The position numbers and the translations under genes were made by a program. The notes beneath the pieces are model-generated. The model was given only the letters and a program-made list of their open reading frames with translations, searched no databases and was not told the origin of the DNA. From assembly GCA_003524095.1 (NCBI GenBank), contig DOEE01000003.1:532303-596302 (forward strand): a stretch of 64,000 bases of DNA, given 5' to 3'. Origin of the DNA: Clostridiales bacterium. GTDB lineage: Bacteria; Bacillota; Clostridia; Christensenellales; UBA1242. Within the stretch, counting starts at the first letter, position 1. Each line of letters opens with the position of its first letter. Positions 40,753 to 49,994 of the stretch are shown piece by piece.

Positions 40753-40779
40753 AAAAAAAGTGCAAAGAAAACTTTGCAC
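40753..40779 (-). terminator. Rho-independent terminator after the DUF1292 gene
   Basis: GTGCAAAG-TTTT-CTTTGCAC followed by TTTTTTT on the minus strand. Confidence 0.8.
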
Positions 40780-40787
40780 ACTTTCAA

Positions 40788-41123
40788 TTATTCTTGAGTA
40801 TTGTTGTCGTCTACGTCAATGCCTTCTTCTTTAAGCATTTTGTAGTATTCTTCAAATACTTTGTCAACAATGCTATCGTCTTCAACGATAACCAAGCAAT
40901 CTTCGTCATCGATTTCGTCAATAACAAATACCAACGCTTCGTCTTCGGCGATGCCTTCCATATTTGCTACTGGTTTCAAAATTGCATAAGTTTTTTCCTC
41001 AATTGGAACAAGTGCAATTTGTTCAAATTCAACTTCTTGGTTGTCTTCGTTGTAAAGTTTGATGTTGTCTGTATTATTTTCGTCAAGCAACATATCTATT
41101 GGTGATAAAAATTCTTCTGCCAT
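40788..41123 (-). CDS. DUF1292-family acidic protein (YrzB-like)
   Basis: EDNQEVEFEQIALVPIEEKTYAILKPV...EDEALVFVIDE. Immediately downstream of ruvX as yrzB is in B. subtilis. Confidence 0.8.
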   Translation of the reverse strand: MAEEFLSPIDMLLDENNTDNIKLYNEDNQEVEFEQIALVPIEEKTYAILKPVANMEGIAEDEALVFVIDEIDDEDCLVIVEDDSIVDKVFEEYYKMLKEEGIDVDDNNTQE

Positions 41124-41151
41124 TTATCAATTCTCCTTAAAATTTAATTTC

Positions 41152-41577
41152 CTATTTTCTTACATCTAAGTAATCCTGCAAAATTATAGTTGCGGATAGT
41201 TTATCCAAAACTTCTTTTCGCTTTTTTCGAGATACGTCGGCGGAAATTAGGATTTTTTCTGCCGAAACAGATGTAAGACGTTCATCAAGATAATCAATTT
41301 TTGCATCAGTATAATTTTTGAGAACATCAGCAAACTTATATGTTTTCTCGACTCTAACGCCTTTTGAACCATCCATATTTAGAGGCAGTCCCAAGACTAT
41401 TACTTTGACGTTATTATCTTTAGCAATTTGTGCAATATGTTTGCAATCTTCTTCCAAAGACTTTCGAGTATAATTTTCATAACCCGAAGCTAGAAATCTT
41501 GTAACATCACTCAAAGCAATTCCAATTCTTACGTCACCATAGTCAAGTGCCATAACTCTATAATATGAATTATCCAT
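41152..41577 (-). CDS. ruvX: Putative pre-16S rRNA nuclease / Holliday junction resolvase-like RuvX (YqgF)
   Basis: ALDYGDVRIGIALSD N-terminal motif and GLPLNMDGS. The start is uncertain: 41577 has no SD, and the internal Met at 41553 has a weak one. Confidence 0.88.
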   Translation of the reverse strand: MDNSYYRVMALDYGDVRIGIALSDVTRFLASGYENYTRKSLEEDCKHIAQIAKDNNVKVIVLGLPLNMDGSKGVRVEKTYKFADVLKNYTDAKIDYLDERLTSVSAEKILISADVSRKKRKEVLDKLSATIILQDYLDVRK

Positions 41578-41661
41578 ACAATTATAATAACAAATTCAAA
41601 ATTATTTGTAAAATTAATTTAAGCAAGAAAAAAATTTTTTGGCACACACAAAAACTATTTT

Positions 41662-41802
41662 TTAGTCTTTTAATTTCTTAACTTGTTCATTAATGGCTTT
41701 TTTGCCTTTTTCCACCATTTTTTGAGCATTTGAATTATTGGAAACAACCAAAGCCCCTGCTATAAAACCTAATGCCATGCCAATTAAAATACAATCTTTC
41801 AT
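41662..41802 (-). CDS. 46-aa small membrane-anchored protein; below the ORF-track length cutoff
   Basis: Hand translation gives MKDCILIGMALGFIAGALVVSNNSNAQKMVEKGKKAINEQVKKLKD. AAGGAG RBS 6 nt upstream of ATG 41800-41802. One TM helix plus a basic helix (YtxH-like flavour). Confidence 0.5.
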   Translation of the reverse strand: MKDCILIGMALGFIAGALVVSNNSNAQKMVEKGKKAINEQVKKLKD

Positions 41803-41898
41803 AAAAAACTCCTTAAATTTATTAATATTTAATCAAAATGCTTAAATATTGATATAATTTATTTTTGGCAAATAGTATCAAATTTATACATTTTTAGA

Positions 41899-41935
41899 CA
41901 AAAAAATAAACCCAAACTTTTAGTGAGTTTGAGTT
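41899..41935 (-). terminator. Rho-independent terminator after the nifU-like gene
   Basis: Minus strand AACTCAAACT-CACTAAA-AGTTTGGGTT (one G-U) followed by TATTTTTTTG. Confidence 0.75.
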
Positions 41936-41942
41936 AATTTTT

Positions 41943-43046
41943 TTACTTTTTGCCAAGTAGCCAGCCAAATAGCGATTTCTTTTCCTTTTTTGGTTTCTCT
42001 TTTTTTTCAATTTTTTCTGGTTTAGCAGATTTTTTTGTGTCTAAAGATTTTTGAATGTCTATGTTATTACTCTCTTGTTTTGAAACGCTTGTTTCAATTT
42101 TTTGAAAAGATGTTTTTGATGAATTATTGACATTTGCACTATGTATTCGACTAAGCATTTCACCTAGTGACTTGGAATTGATTTGCATCTTCTCATTTGT
42201 CTCTTTGTTTTTAATTTTGGAATTAAGAGCATTTAGGTGAGACAGTTTGTTTTGATTGGCTTGAAAGTCTTGGGACTTTTTGTTTTCATGTTCCTTGACT
42301 ATTGCCGTTTGGTTTTTCAGTCTATTAGCAATATCTATTGCATTAAAAGATTTTTTTGGAGTATCTATTTTTTCTTCTAAATTAGTCTCATTTACAACTT
42401 TTTGTTCGTCATTTGACTGATAGGTCTTAGGAATTACTTTGTCCACAACTGGAGTGTCACTTGCAATTTTTGTAACCTTTCTAGTTGTAGTTGTTGTTTT
42501 GATTATTTTAGTATTTTTTGGAGTCTCAGTTTGTTTGGTTTCTTTGTCTGTGCTTACAATCAAAATTTCTTTGAGTTCTTCGTCTACATTAGCATTTGTT
42601 CTTTTTAAACTAGTTTTCTTTGTTTTCTTGGTTTCTTCAACTTTGGACTCAACTGGTTGACAAGGAGTAATTGTTCCCTTTTTCAAACCTTTTTCATATT
42701 TTTTCAAAAGTAAATCAAAAGTATCCAAGACAATTTTGTAAACATGAGTTTTTTGTTCGTCCAACTTTGAAAATTTTTCCAAATCAGTTTCGTTAATTTT
42801 TTTTGCTTCGTCAATGGTTTTATTCGTAACAATTTCACAAAAATAAGAACAAATTGCCATAAAAGACGAACAGCCACTTGCCTTGTAAGAAATTTTTTGA
42901 ATAACATTATTGGAATTTATTTGAGCAAAAAACTTAACAACATCGCCAAATTCGTTTTTCTTAGTCATGGCAGTAACATTTGCATTTTTGAGAGCAAATA
43001 AATATGTAAGATTATTAAGTCTATCAATAACTTCTTGGTTATACAT
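41943..43046 (-). CDS. IscU/NifU-N-like domain protein with degenerate cluster ligands and a ~240-aa low-complexity tail
   Basis: The first ~120 aa align with IscU (..FGDVVKF..KISYKASGCSSFMAICS..TIDEAKKI..). The CGD Cys is replaced by Phe and the HCS Cys by Val. 3 nt downstream of nifS. Confidence 0.65.
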   Translation of the reverse strand: MYNQEVIDRLNNLTYLFALKNANVTAMTKKNEFGDVVKFFAQINSNNVIQKISYKASGCSSFMAICSYFCEIVTNKTIDEAKKINETDLEKFSKLDEQKTHVYKIVLDTFDLLLKKYEKGLKKGTITPCQPVESKVEETKKTKKTSLKRTNANVDEELKEILIVSTDKETKQTETPKNTKIIKTTTTTRKVTKIASDTPVVDKVIPKTYQSNDEQKVVNETNLEEKIDTPKKSFNAIDIANRLKNQTAIVKEHENKKSQDFQANQNKLSHLNALNSKIKNKETNEKMQINSKSLGEMLSRIHSANVNNSSKTSFQKIETSVSKQESNNIDIQKSLDTKKSAKPEKIEKKEKPKKEKKSLFGWLLGKK

Positions 43047-43048
43047 AA

Positions 43049-44221
43049 TTAATTTTCCTTTTTCTTTTGTTTAAGTGGACTTGCTTTTCTTAATTTTTCG
43101 ATTTCTTCATATAGCACTCTTACGGTGTAATCAATATCGTCTTTGGTGATATTTGTATCAAACGAAAATCTTATAGTTCCCCTAACTTGTTCATCACTAA
43201 GTCCAATCGCTTTGAGAACGTGACTTTTTTCGAGAGAACCCGAAGCACAAGCCGAACCTGTTGACACAGCGATACCTTTTAAGTCAAGTAACATAATGAG
43301 ATTTTCACCTTCAACTCCATCAAAAGTCACCGAAACTATGCTATTAGACTTTTGCATCATGTTTCCATTTAACTTAATATTTGGAATTTCGTATTCAACC
43401 TTTTTGATAAAATACGAAGTAAGTTCATATAGTTTTTTGTCCTTAAAGGCCATATCTCTTGCATTAAGTTCAATAGCCTTACCAAACCCGACAACTCCAG
43501 CGACATTAACTGTTCCGCCACGTCTATTCATTTCTTGTTCGCCACCAAGCATAAACTTGTTTATCTTGACACCTTCTCTTATGTACAATGCACCAGTGCC
43601 TTTTGGCCCATGAATTTTGTGAGCAGAAATACTTAGCAAGTCTACCCCCAAGTCATTGACATTAAGTGGGAAAGCCCCCAACGCTTGAACAGCATCAACA
43701 TGAAAATATGCGCCATAATATTTGACAATTTCGCTTATTGCCTTGATATTTTGTATTGTGCCAATTTCGTTGTTGACAGCCATGATTGAAACAATTGTAG
43801 TAGTTGATTTGATTTCATGTAACAAACTAGACACCGAAACAAGACCAGTCTCGTCAACTGGAAGATATGTTACTTCAAAGCCTTCTTTTTCAAGTTGTTT
43901 GCAAGTATCCAAGATACTATGATGTTCAATTTGGCTTGTTATTATGTGTTTTCCTTTTTTAATATTGGCATAAGCAACACCACGCAAAGCCCAGTTGTTT
44001 GCTTCTGTGCCACCACTAGTAAAGAAAATCTCGTTGCTTTTTGCACCAAGATATTTTGCAATTTTGTCTCTAGCACTATCTACACCACTAACTGCCTCAC
44101 GACCAAAAGAATGAAGACTACTAGAATTTCCATAAATACTAGTAAGATATGGCATCATTTCTTGCAAAACTTCACCATTTAACATTGTTGTTGCTGCATT
44201 ATCAAGATAAACTCTTTTCAT
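43049..44221 (-). CDS. nifS: Cysteine desulfurase (NifS/IscS class I)
   Basis: PLP lysine [12 protein letters not shown], catalytic loop [10 protein letters not shown], and YLDNAATT N-terminus. Confidence 0.93.
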   Translation of the reverse strand: MKRVYLDNAATTMLNGEVLQEMMPYLTSIYGNSSSLHSFGREAVSGVDSARDKIAKYLGAKSNEIFFTSGGTEANNWALRGVAYANIKKGKHIITSQIEHHSILDTCKQLEKEGFEVTYLPVDETGLVSVSSLLHEIKSTTTIVSIMAVNNEIGTIQNIKAISEIVKYYGAYFHVDAVQALGAFPLNVNDLGVDLLSISAHKIHGPKGTGALYIREGVKINKFMLGGEQEMNRRGGTVNVAGVVGFGKAIELNARDMAFKDKKLYELTSYFIKKVEYEIPNIKLNGNMMQKSNSIVSVTFDGVEGENLIMLLDLKGIAVSTGSACASGSLEKSHVLKAIGLSDEQVRGTIRFSFDTNITKDDIDYTVRVLYEEIEKLRKASPLKQKKKEN

Positions 44222-44283
44222 TATTATTTCTCCATAAATACTACAAAGTTTATTAGAACAAATTACTTCTTATACATATTTTA

Positions 44284-44314
44284 AAACAAAAAGGCAACTA
44301 TGTCAATAGTCGCT
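44284..44314 (-). terminator. Rho-independent terminator after the thioredoxin gene
   Basis: Minus strand GCGACTAT-TGAC-ATAGTTGC followed by CTTTTTGTTTT. Confidence 0.7.
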
Positions 44315-44328
44315 TTTTAAAATTTATA

Positions 44329-44631
44329 TTAATTTAATAATTCTTTTAGTCTAGTTTCGCTTATGACTCCAACACTAGAATTAACTTCTTTGCCATTTTT
44401 GAAAATTTTGAGTGTGGGAACGGACATTATTCCAAACTCTTTGACCAATTCTTCGTTTTCGTCTATATCCACTGTTGCAAGTTTAATATTTAAATCACTT
44501 GCAACTTTTTCTACAATTGGCTTAAGCATTTTGCAAGGCATACACCATGTGCCAAAAAAGTCAACTATAACAGTTCCATCATAATCCAAAACTTCGTATT
44601 TAAAGTTATCTTTGTTAATTTCTATCTCCAT
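44329..44631 (-). CDS. trxA: Thioredoxin with an atypical CMPC active site
   Basis: VDFFGTWCMPCKMLKP...SVPTLKIF. 100 aa. Overlaps the end of tcdA by 17 nt. Confidence 0.88.
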   Translation of the reverse strand: MEIEINKDNFKYEVLDYDGTVIVDFFGTWCMPCKMLKPIVEKVASDLNIKLATVDIDENEELVKEFGIMSVPTLKIFKNGKEVNSSVGVISETRLKELLN

Positions 44632-45301
44632 TATTTTCTCCTACGATTTTATTTATTACATAAGCCGAAAGCATAGTCCCGACCATAGCAGGAAAGTATG
44701 CTACACTACCAATAGTATCCCCACAAGGAGTAGATTTATTCGTCGTATAAACCACAGTATGTGATGTTATATTTCGTTTTCTTAATTCTCTTCGGAGTAC
44801 TTTGGCTAGTCCGTCATTAGTAGTGTCATAAATATCTCCAATTTTAACTTCGGGAATACCAAATCTATTTCCAGCACCCATGGCACTAATAATTTGAATA
44901 TTATGATTATTTGCATATTCAATGAGTTTTAGTTTGCTAGAAACCATGTCTATTGCATCAATTATATAGTCAAAACTATCAAGATTGAAATCTTGAATGT
45001 TGTCTATAGTTAATTTTTTGTTGATAGCAAGAATATGTACATCGGGATTAATGTCTAGTAGCCTATCTTTCATTACGTCAACTTTAACCTTTCCAATTGT
45101 GCTATCAAGTGCAATAATCTGACGATTCTTGTTGCTAATATCTACTACATCATAGTCGACAATTGTCAAATTTCCAACTCCTGATCTCACTAAAATTTCG
45201 GCAACATATCCACCAACACCCCCAACTCCAAAAAGTATAACTTTGGAGTTTTTTAGTTTTTCAATTTTATCTCCAATGAGAAGTTCTAATCTTCTAAACA
45301 T
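44615..45301 (-). CDS. tcdA: ThiF/MoeB-family tRNA threonylcarbamoyladenosine dehydratase (TcdA/YrvM-like)
   Basis: VILFGVGGVGGYVAEILVRSGVGNLTIVDYDVVDISNKNRQ. 228 aa. Overlaps the end of hisS by 8 nt. Confidence 0.82.
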   Translation of the reverse strand: MFRRLELLIGDKIEKLKNSKVILFGVGGVGGYVAEILVRSGVGNLTIVDYDVVDISNKNRQIIALDSTIGKVKVDVMKDRLLDINPDVHILAINKKLTIDNIQDFNLDSFDYIIDAIDMVSSKLKLIEYANNHNIQIISAMGAGNRFGIPEVKIGDIYDTTNDGLAKVLRRELRKRNITSHTVVYTTNKSTPCGDTIGSVAYFPAMVGTMLSAYVINKIVGENNGDRN

Positions 45302-46547
45302 TTTGTTTCAAATACTCCGCTACATCATTTGACCAAATTTTAATTTGTTCGCCAGTTTCCATGTTTTTGATAGAAATTTTATTTTCGTTAATCTCGTCAT
45401 CACCAATAACCAAAACATATTTTGCTTTGATTTTGTCGGCATATTTAAATTGAGATTTTAGGCTACGATTCAATAAATCACTATCTACATTAAATCCTTT
45501 TTTTCTGAGAGAATTTACAAATCTTATTACATAATTTTCGTCTTCGGTGTTGCTAGCAACATATACATCTACCCTTGTCTCATCTTTGAGTTCAATATTT
45601 TTGGCTTCCAAATAACCAAGTAATCTCTCAATTCCTATTCCAAATCCAATAACTGGAGTCGGTTTTCCGCCAAGTTCGGAGACTAACTTATCATATCTTC
45701 CACCACCGCCAAGGGCATTTTTGCCAAGACTCAAATCACTATCCCAAAATTCAAATACTAGGTCTGTATAATAATCTAGTCCACGAACTAGTTTGGTATC
45801 CAACTCATATTTTATATTGAGTGATGTTAACATTTTGATTATGTCGTTGAATTTGTGTTTGCAATTATCACAAAGATTGTCTGTGATGCTTGGTGCATTT
45901 TTTAAAATATCTTGACAAACTGTACTCTTGCAATCAAGAAGTCTAAGTGGATTTGTTTGGAATCTAACATGACAATCGTCACACATCTGAGGAAGATGTG
46001 GTTCAACAAAGTTTTTTAGCACTTGTTTATAATTTGATTTACATTCATCACAACCCAAAAAATTAAGTCTAACCAAAGGGTCAATCCCAAAACTACGATA
46101 AAAATCTATTGCAATAGACAAAACTTCAATATCGCTTGCAAGCGAGTTTGCACCAAAGATTTCAACACCAAATTGGTGATGTTCTCTAAGCCTTCCTGCC
46201 TGTGGTTTTTCATATCTATAGCATGGTGTTATGTAGTAAAGTTTGACAGGTAGTATATCGTTTCCAAATCCGTTTTCAATATAAGACCTTACTACCCCTG
46301 CTGTTCCTTCGGGTTTAAGAGTAATGCTACGTCCACCCTTGTCAAGAAAAGTATACATTTCCTTGTTGACTATATCACTACTTTCCCCGTCTGACCTTAC
46401 AAACAAATCAGTGCTTTCGAATACAGGTGTAGAAATTTCTTTGAGATTATATTTTTTGGCAAGTAGTCTTGCTTGGTCTCTAACAATGTCCCATTTATAA
46501 CTATCTTTTGGCAAAATATCTTTTGTGCCTTTGCAAATGTTTATCAT
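45294..46547 (-). CDS. hisS: Histidyl-tRNA synthetase
   Basis: GTKDILP N-terminus, class II motifs YYITPCYRYEKPQAGRLREHHQFGVE and GGGGRYD. Confidence 0.96.
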   Translation of the reverse strand: MINICKGTKDILPKDSYKWDIVRDQARLLAKKYNLKEISTPVFESTDLFVRSDGESSDIVNKEMYTFLDKGGRSITLKPEGTAGVVRSYIENGFGNDILPVKLYYITPCYRYEKPQAGRLREHHQFGVEIFGANSLASDIEVLSIAIDFYRSFGIDPLVRLNFLGCDECKSNYKQVLKNFVEPHLPQMCDDCHVRFQTNPLRLLDCKSTVCQDILKNAPSITDNLCDNCKHKFNDIIKMLTSLNIKYELDTKLVRGLDYYTDLVFEFWDSDLSLGKNALGGGGRYDKLVSELGGKPTPVIGFGIGIERLLGYLEAKNIELKDETRVDVYVASNTEDENYVIRFVNSLRKKGFNVDSDLLNRSLKSQFKYADKIKAKYVLVIGDDEINENKISIKNMETGEQIKIWSNDVAEYLKQNV

Positions 46548-46555
46548 TTTTTCTC

Positions 46556-48646
46556 CTAGTTTTGAATTAATTTACTAAATTCTTGTGAGTTGCAAGTAAG
46601 TGTTAATTTGTGAAGTGCACGTGTACAAGCAATATACAACAAATTTCTATCTAGTTCACTTGAGTAACTGTCATCTACATTATAAACAATTACTCCATCA
46701 AATTCAAGTCCTTTGCTATTATATATCGAAATTATACAAACTTCGTTGTCATACTTGTCAACATTGTCATCAATTAAATTGATATTTATATTTTTATTTT
46801 CGAATTTTTTGGATAAGTCTAGTGCTTGAATATTTGTTTTGGTTATAATCGCAATTGACCTAAAACCTTTTGTTTTGAAGTCATCAATCAAACTCAAAAT
46901 TGTGCTAATTTCGTCTTTTTCGTTAGTCTTGATAAACTCAACAGCATCACCGCTACGATTAACGTAGTTTACATTAGATTTTTTGCCGATTTTATTATAA
47001 AACTCAACAATTTGACTAGTACTACGATATGTTTTGTTAAGTTCTACAAAATTGCTTTCAACACCCAAAATATTATTAAAAGAATTGAGAATCTTCTTGC
47101 TTGAAGTAGGATTAATAGTTTGATTAAAGTCACCAAGCATAGTATAAACACAATCAAAAAGATTTTTTATAATATAAAGTTGTACAGCGCTATAGTCTTG
47201 CATTTCATCAATTACTAAATGTTTGATATTTTCAAATTTGTCTATTCCATAAATAAATATTTTGAAGAATAATATTCCATAAGCATCTTCGTTTTTGACT
47301 TTGTTTCCTACAAGTTTTAGTTTAAGGTTCTTTGAATCCAAAAAATTCATATATGCTTTGACACAATTTTTGTTTTTGATAGCCTTGTAGAGTTTTGTAA
47401 ATATAAATTGCTTGTATTTGAGTATTCTATCTACACTTTTAACTTTGTAAAAATACAGGTCAAAAATATTATCCGTAATCCATTTTAGTCTTGTAAACAA
47501 ATCTCTATCTTTGTATCTCCCAAAGAATAGTTCTTTGATTTTTTTGCTATCTATCAATGTGTTGTTTACTTCAAAGTCTTGAATATCAAAATTATTTATA
47601 TAATTTTCGTTTGCAAACTTAATCATTTCCAACAAAAATTCGTAACTTGTCTTCAAGTTGTATTCATTCAAATCTTGAGACAAGATTAATCTTTCAATTT
47701 GTTCAAACTTTTTTTCAACAATACAATGATTTTTTAGATTAATTCTTGCCAAATCGTCGAGTTGGACTTTGTCAATATCTTGTTCAGCAAGGTCTGGCAA
47801 AACTGAAGATATATATGATGAAAAAGCATTATTTGGAGACAAAAAGTTAATGTTTTTGGAAGAAATTTTGCCTTTAAGTTTATACATAAGATAGGCAATT
47901 CTATGGATTGCAATCGCAGTCTTTCCCGAACCCGCTACACCTTGAACCACCAAGTTTTTGTACTCATCTCCACGAATAACACTATTTTGTTCTTTTTGGA
48001 TAGTTTGAACTATGGACTTCATTTGATTACTAGTATTTGAAGCAAGTGCAATTTTAAGCAAATCGTCTTCGATATTAATGTTGCTATCAATATAATATTT
48101 TAATTCGCCCTTATCAATTCCAAACTGTCTTTTTTTATCCAAAAAGCAATTGAGAATTGAACTATTTGTCCTTATTTGGCACTTTCCATGTTCAACATCA
48201 TAAAAAATACTTGCAATAGGAGAACGCCAGTCGATAACTCTATAATTTTTTTGGGAACTTTCCAAAGAATGAATACCAATATAATATTTTTCGGGATTAA
48301 GTTCGTCTCTATCTTTGATAACAATGCTTGCAAAATAAGGCTTGTTTTGCATTTTGTGACAAACTTCAATAGATTTATTAATATCAATTGTATCAGATTG
48401 CAAATCGTCAAGACGAGATTGCATATTCATAATCTCAACAAAATCGTTATCATTAATTTTGTTTGCATTATTTCTTAAATATTCCAAATATTCATTATTC
48501 GAAGTATCTAGCATATTATCTACTTTTTGCTCATAATTCAAATAATATTTGAGTTTTTTGTTTACGAGTTTAATAGTATCCGCTAGATACTCTTTTTCTT
48601 TTTCAAATTCAATTTTTTCCATAGCATCTTTGTTTTCTTCTAACAA
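46556..48646 (-). CDS. helD: UvrD/Rep-superfamily helicase, HelD-like (RNA polymerase-associated)
   Basis: N-terminal coiled-coil region, then Walker A VQGVAGSGKTAIAIHRIAYL, VIDEMQDYS, and C-terminal NSKGLEFDGVIV...YIACTRALH. Confidence 0.8.
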   Translation of the reverse strand: MLEENKDAMEKIEFEKEKEYLADTIKLVNKKLKYYLNYEQKVDNMLDTSNNEYLEYLRNNANKINDNDFVEIMNMQSRLDDLQSDTIDINKSIEVCHKMQNKPYFASIVIKDRDELNPEKYYIGIHSLESSQKNYRVIDWRSPIASIFYDVEHGKCQIRTNSSILNCFLDKKRQFGIDKGELKYYIDSNINIEDDLLKIALASNTSNQMKSIVQTIQKEQNSVIRGDEYKNLVVQGVAGSGKTAIAIHRIAYLMYKLKGKISSKNINFLSPNNAFSSYISSVLPDLAEQDIDKVQLDDLARINLKNHCIVEKKFEQIERLILSQDLNEYNLKTSYEFLLEMIKFANENYINNFDIQDFEVNNTLIDSKKIKELFFGRYKDRDLFTRLKWITDNIFDLYFYKVKSVDRILKYKQFIFTKLYKAIKNKNCVKAYMNFLDSKNLKLKLVGNKVKNEDAYGILFFKIFIYGIDKFENIKHLVIDEMQDYSAVQLYIIKNLFDCVYTMLGDFNQTINPTSSKKILNSFNNILGVESNFVELNKTYRSTSQIVEFYNKIGKKSNVNYVNRSGDAVEFIKTNEKDEISTILSLIDDFKTKGFRSIAIITKTNIQALDLSKKFENKNININLIDDNVDKYDNEVCIISIYNSKGLEFDGVIVYNVDDSYSSELDRNLLYIACTRALHKLTLTCNSQEFSKLIQN

Positions 48647-48679
48647 TTGTTAAAAGCGAATTTAAATCATAAATTTTTG

Positions 48680-49993
48680 TTAAATAATATATTTAGTCAA
48701 ATCATATTTTTTTGTTGTTTCAGCAAAAGTCTTATCAACATATTCTTTGTCGATTGTAATATCTATAAGTTGATGTTCGCCGTTTGCGTTAAACGAAATA
48801 TCTTCAAGAAGTTTTTCCATAATATTATGAAGTCTTCTTGCTCCCAAATTTTCGCTTGTTTCGTTTTCTTTTTCAGCCAAGAAAGCAACTTGTTTGAGAG
48901 CATCTTCGGTGAATGTCAAGTTGATATTATCTACTCTAAGCATCTCTTGATATTGCAAAGTTAAAGCATTTTTTGGTTGAGTTAAGATGTTGTAAAAGTC
49001 GTCTTTGTTTAGGTTGTTGAGTTCAACTCTAATTGGAAATCTTCCTTGAAATTCAGGTATTAAATCTTCAACACGGCTAATATGGAAAGCCCCTGCTGCA
49101 ATAAACAATATATAATCAGTCTTAATAGTTCCATACTTGGTTGTAACTGTTGAACCTTCGACAAGTGGCAAAATATCTCTTTGAACGCCTTCTCTACTTA
49201 CATCTGGCCCACGATTTGAAGAGCCTTTTCCGGCAATTTTGTCAATTTCATCAATAAAGATTATTCCATCTTGTTCCGCACGACGAATTGCTTCGGAATT
49301 AACGCTATCGTCATCAATTAATTTGTCGCTTTCTTCGGCAATAAGATTTTCATATGCCTTTGAAACGGTCATTTTTTTCTTTTTCTTTTGCGCTGGGAAA
49401 ATACTTCCCAATACATTCCCCAAGTCCATATCTGGACCCATTCCAGGTATAATTCCAATTGGTTTGGATTGTTCGGCTATCATAATTTCGATAACTTCGT
49501 TGTCAAGTTTGCCACATTGTAATTCTTCCAAAAGTTGTTCTCTCAAAGTCTTTTCGTCTATATCTGGATTTTGTTCTTTTTTAGTTGACATTAAGGCATC
49601 TAAAATTTTGGTTTCAACTACAATTTTGGCTTTTGATTTAACTTCGTTAACTTTTTCTTCCTTAACCAGTCTAACAGAACATTCAACCAAGTCTCTTATC
49701 ATAGATTCACAATCTCTACCTACATAACCTACTTCGGTAAATTTTGTCGCTTCAACCTTAATAAATGGTGCTTTGACAAGTTTGGATAATCTTCTAGCGA
49801 TTTCAGTTTTGCCGACACCGGTTGGTCCTTGCATTATAATATTCTTTGGAGTGATTTCATCACGCATTTCTTTGCTTAATTTACTACGACGATATCTATT
49901 TCTAAGCGCAATTGCAACCGCCTTTTTGGCATCTGCTTGACCTATGATATATTTATCTAATTCATTAACTATTTGTTTTGGTGACAAATCCAT
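48680..49993 (-). CDS. hslU: ATP-dependent protease ATPase subunit HslU
   Basis: GPTGVGKTEIARRLS, FIDEIDKIA and SRVEDLIPEFQGRFP. Start moved to ATG 49991-49993 behind a GAGGAGG RBS. Confidence 0.96.
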   Translation of the reverse strand: MDLSPKQIVNELDKYIIGQADAKKAVAIALRNRYRRSKLSKEMRDEITPKNIIMQGPTGVGKTEIARRLSKLVKAPFIKVEATKFTEVGYVGRDCESMIRDLVECSVRLVKEEKVNEVKSKAKIVVETKILDALMSTKKEQNPDIDEKTLREQLLEELQCGKLDNEVIEIMIAEQSKPIGIIPGMGPDMDLGNVLGSIFPAQKKKKKMTVSKAYENLIAEESDKLIDDDSVNSEAIRRAEQDGIIFIDEIDKIAGKGSSNRGPDVSREGVQRDILPLVEGSTVTTKYGTIKTDYILFIAAGAFHISRVEDLIPEFQGRFPIRVELNNLNKDDFYNILTQPKNALTLQYQEMLRVDNINLTFTEDALKQVAFLAEKENETSENLGARRLHNIMEKLLEDISFNANGEHQLIDITIDKEYVDKTFAETTKKYDLTKYII

Positions 49994-49994
49994 G

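Noticed and set aside
40719-41105. A 128-aa plus-strand ORF opposite the DUF1292 gene.
   Set aside because: The minus-strand frame encodes a typical acidic DUF1292 protein in the conserved ruvX-DUF1292 arrangement and is followed by a proper terminator. The plus-frame product is Phe/Val/Asn-rich nonsense.
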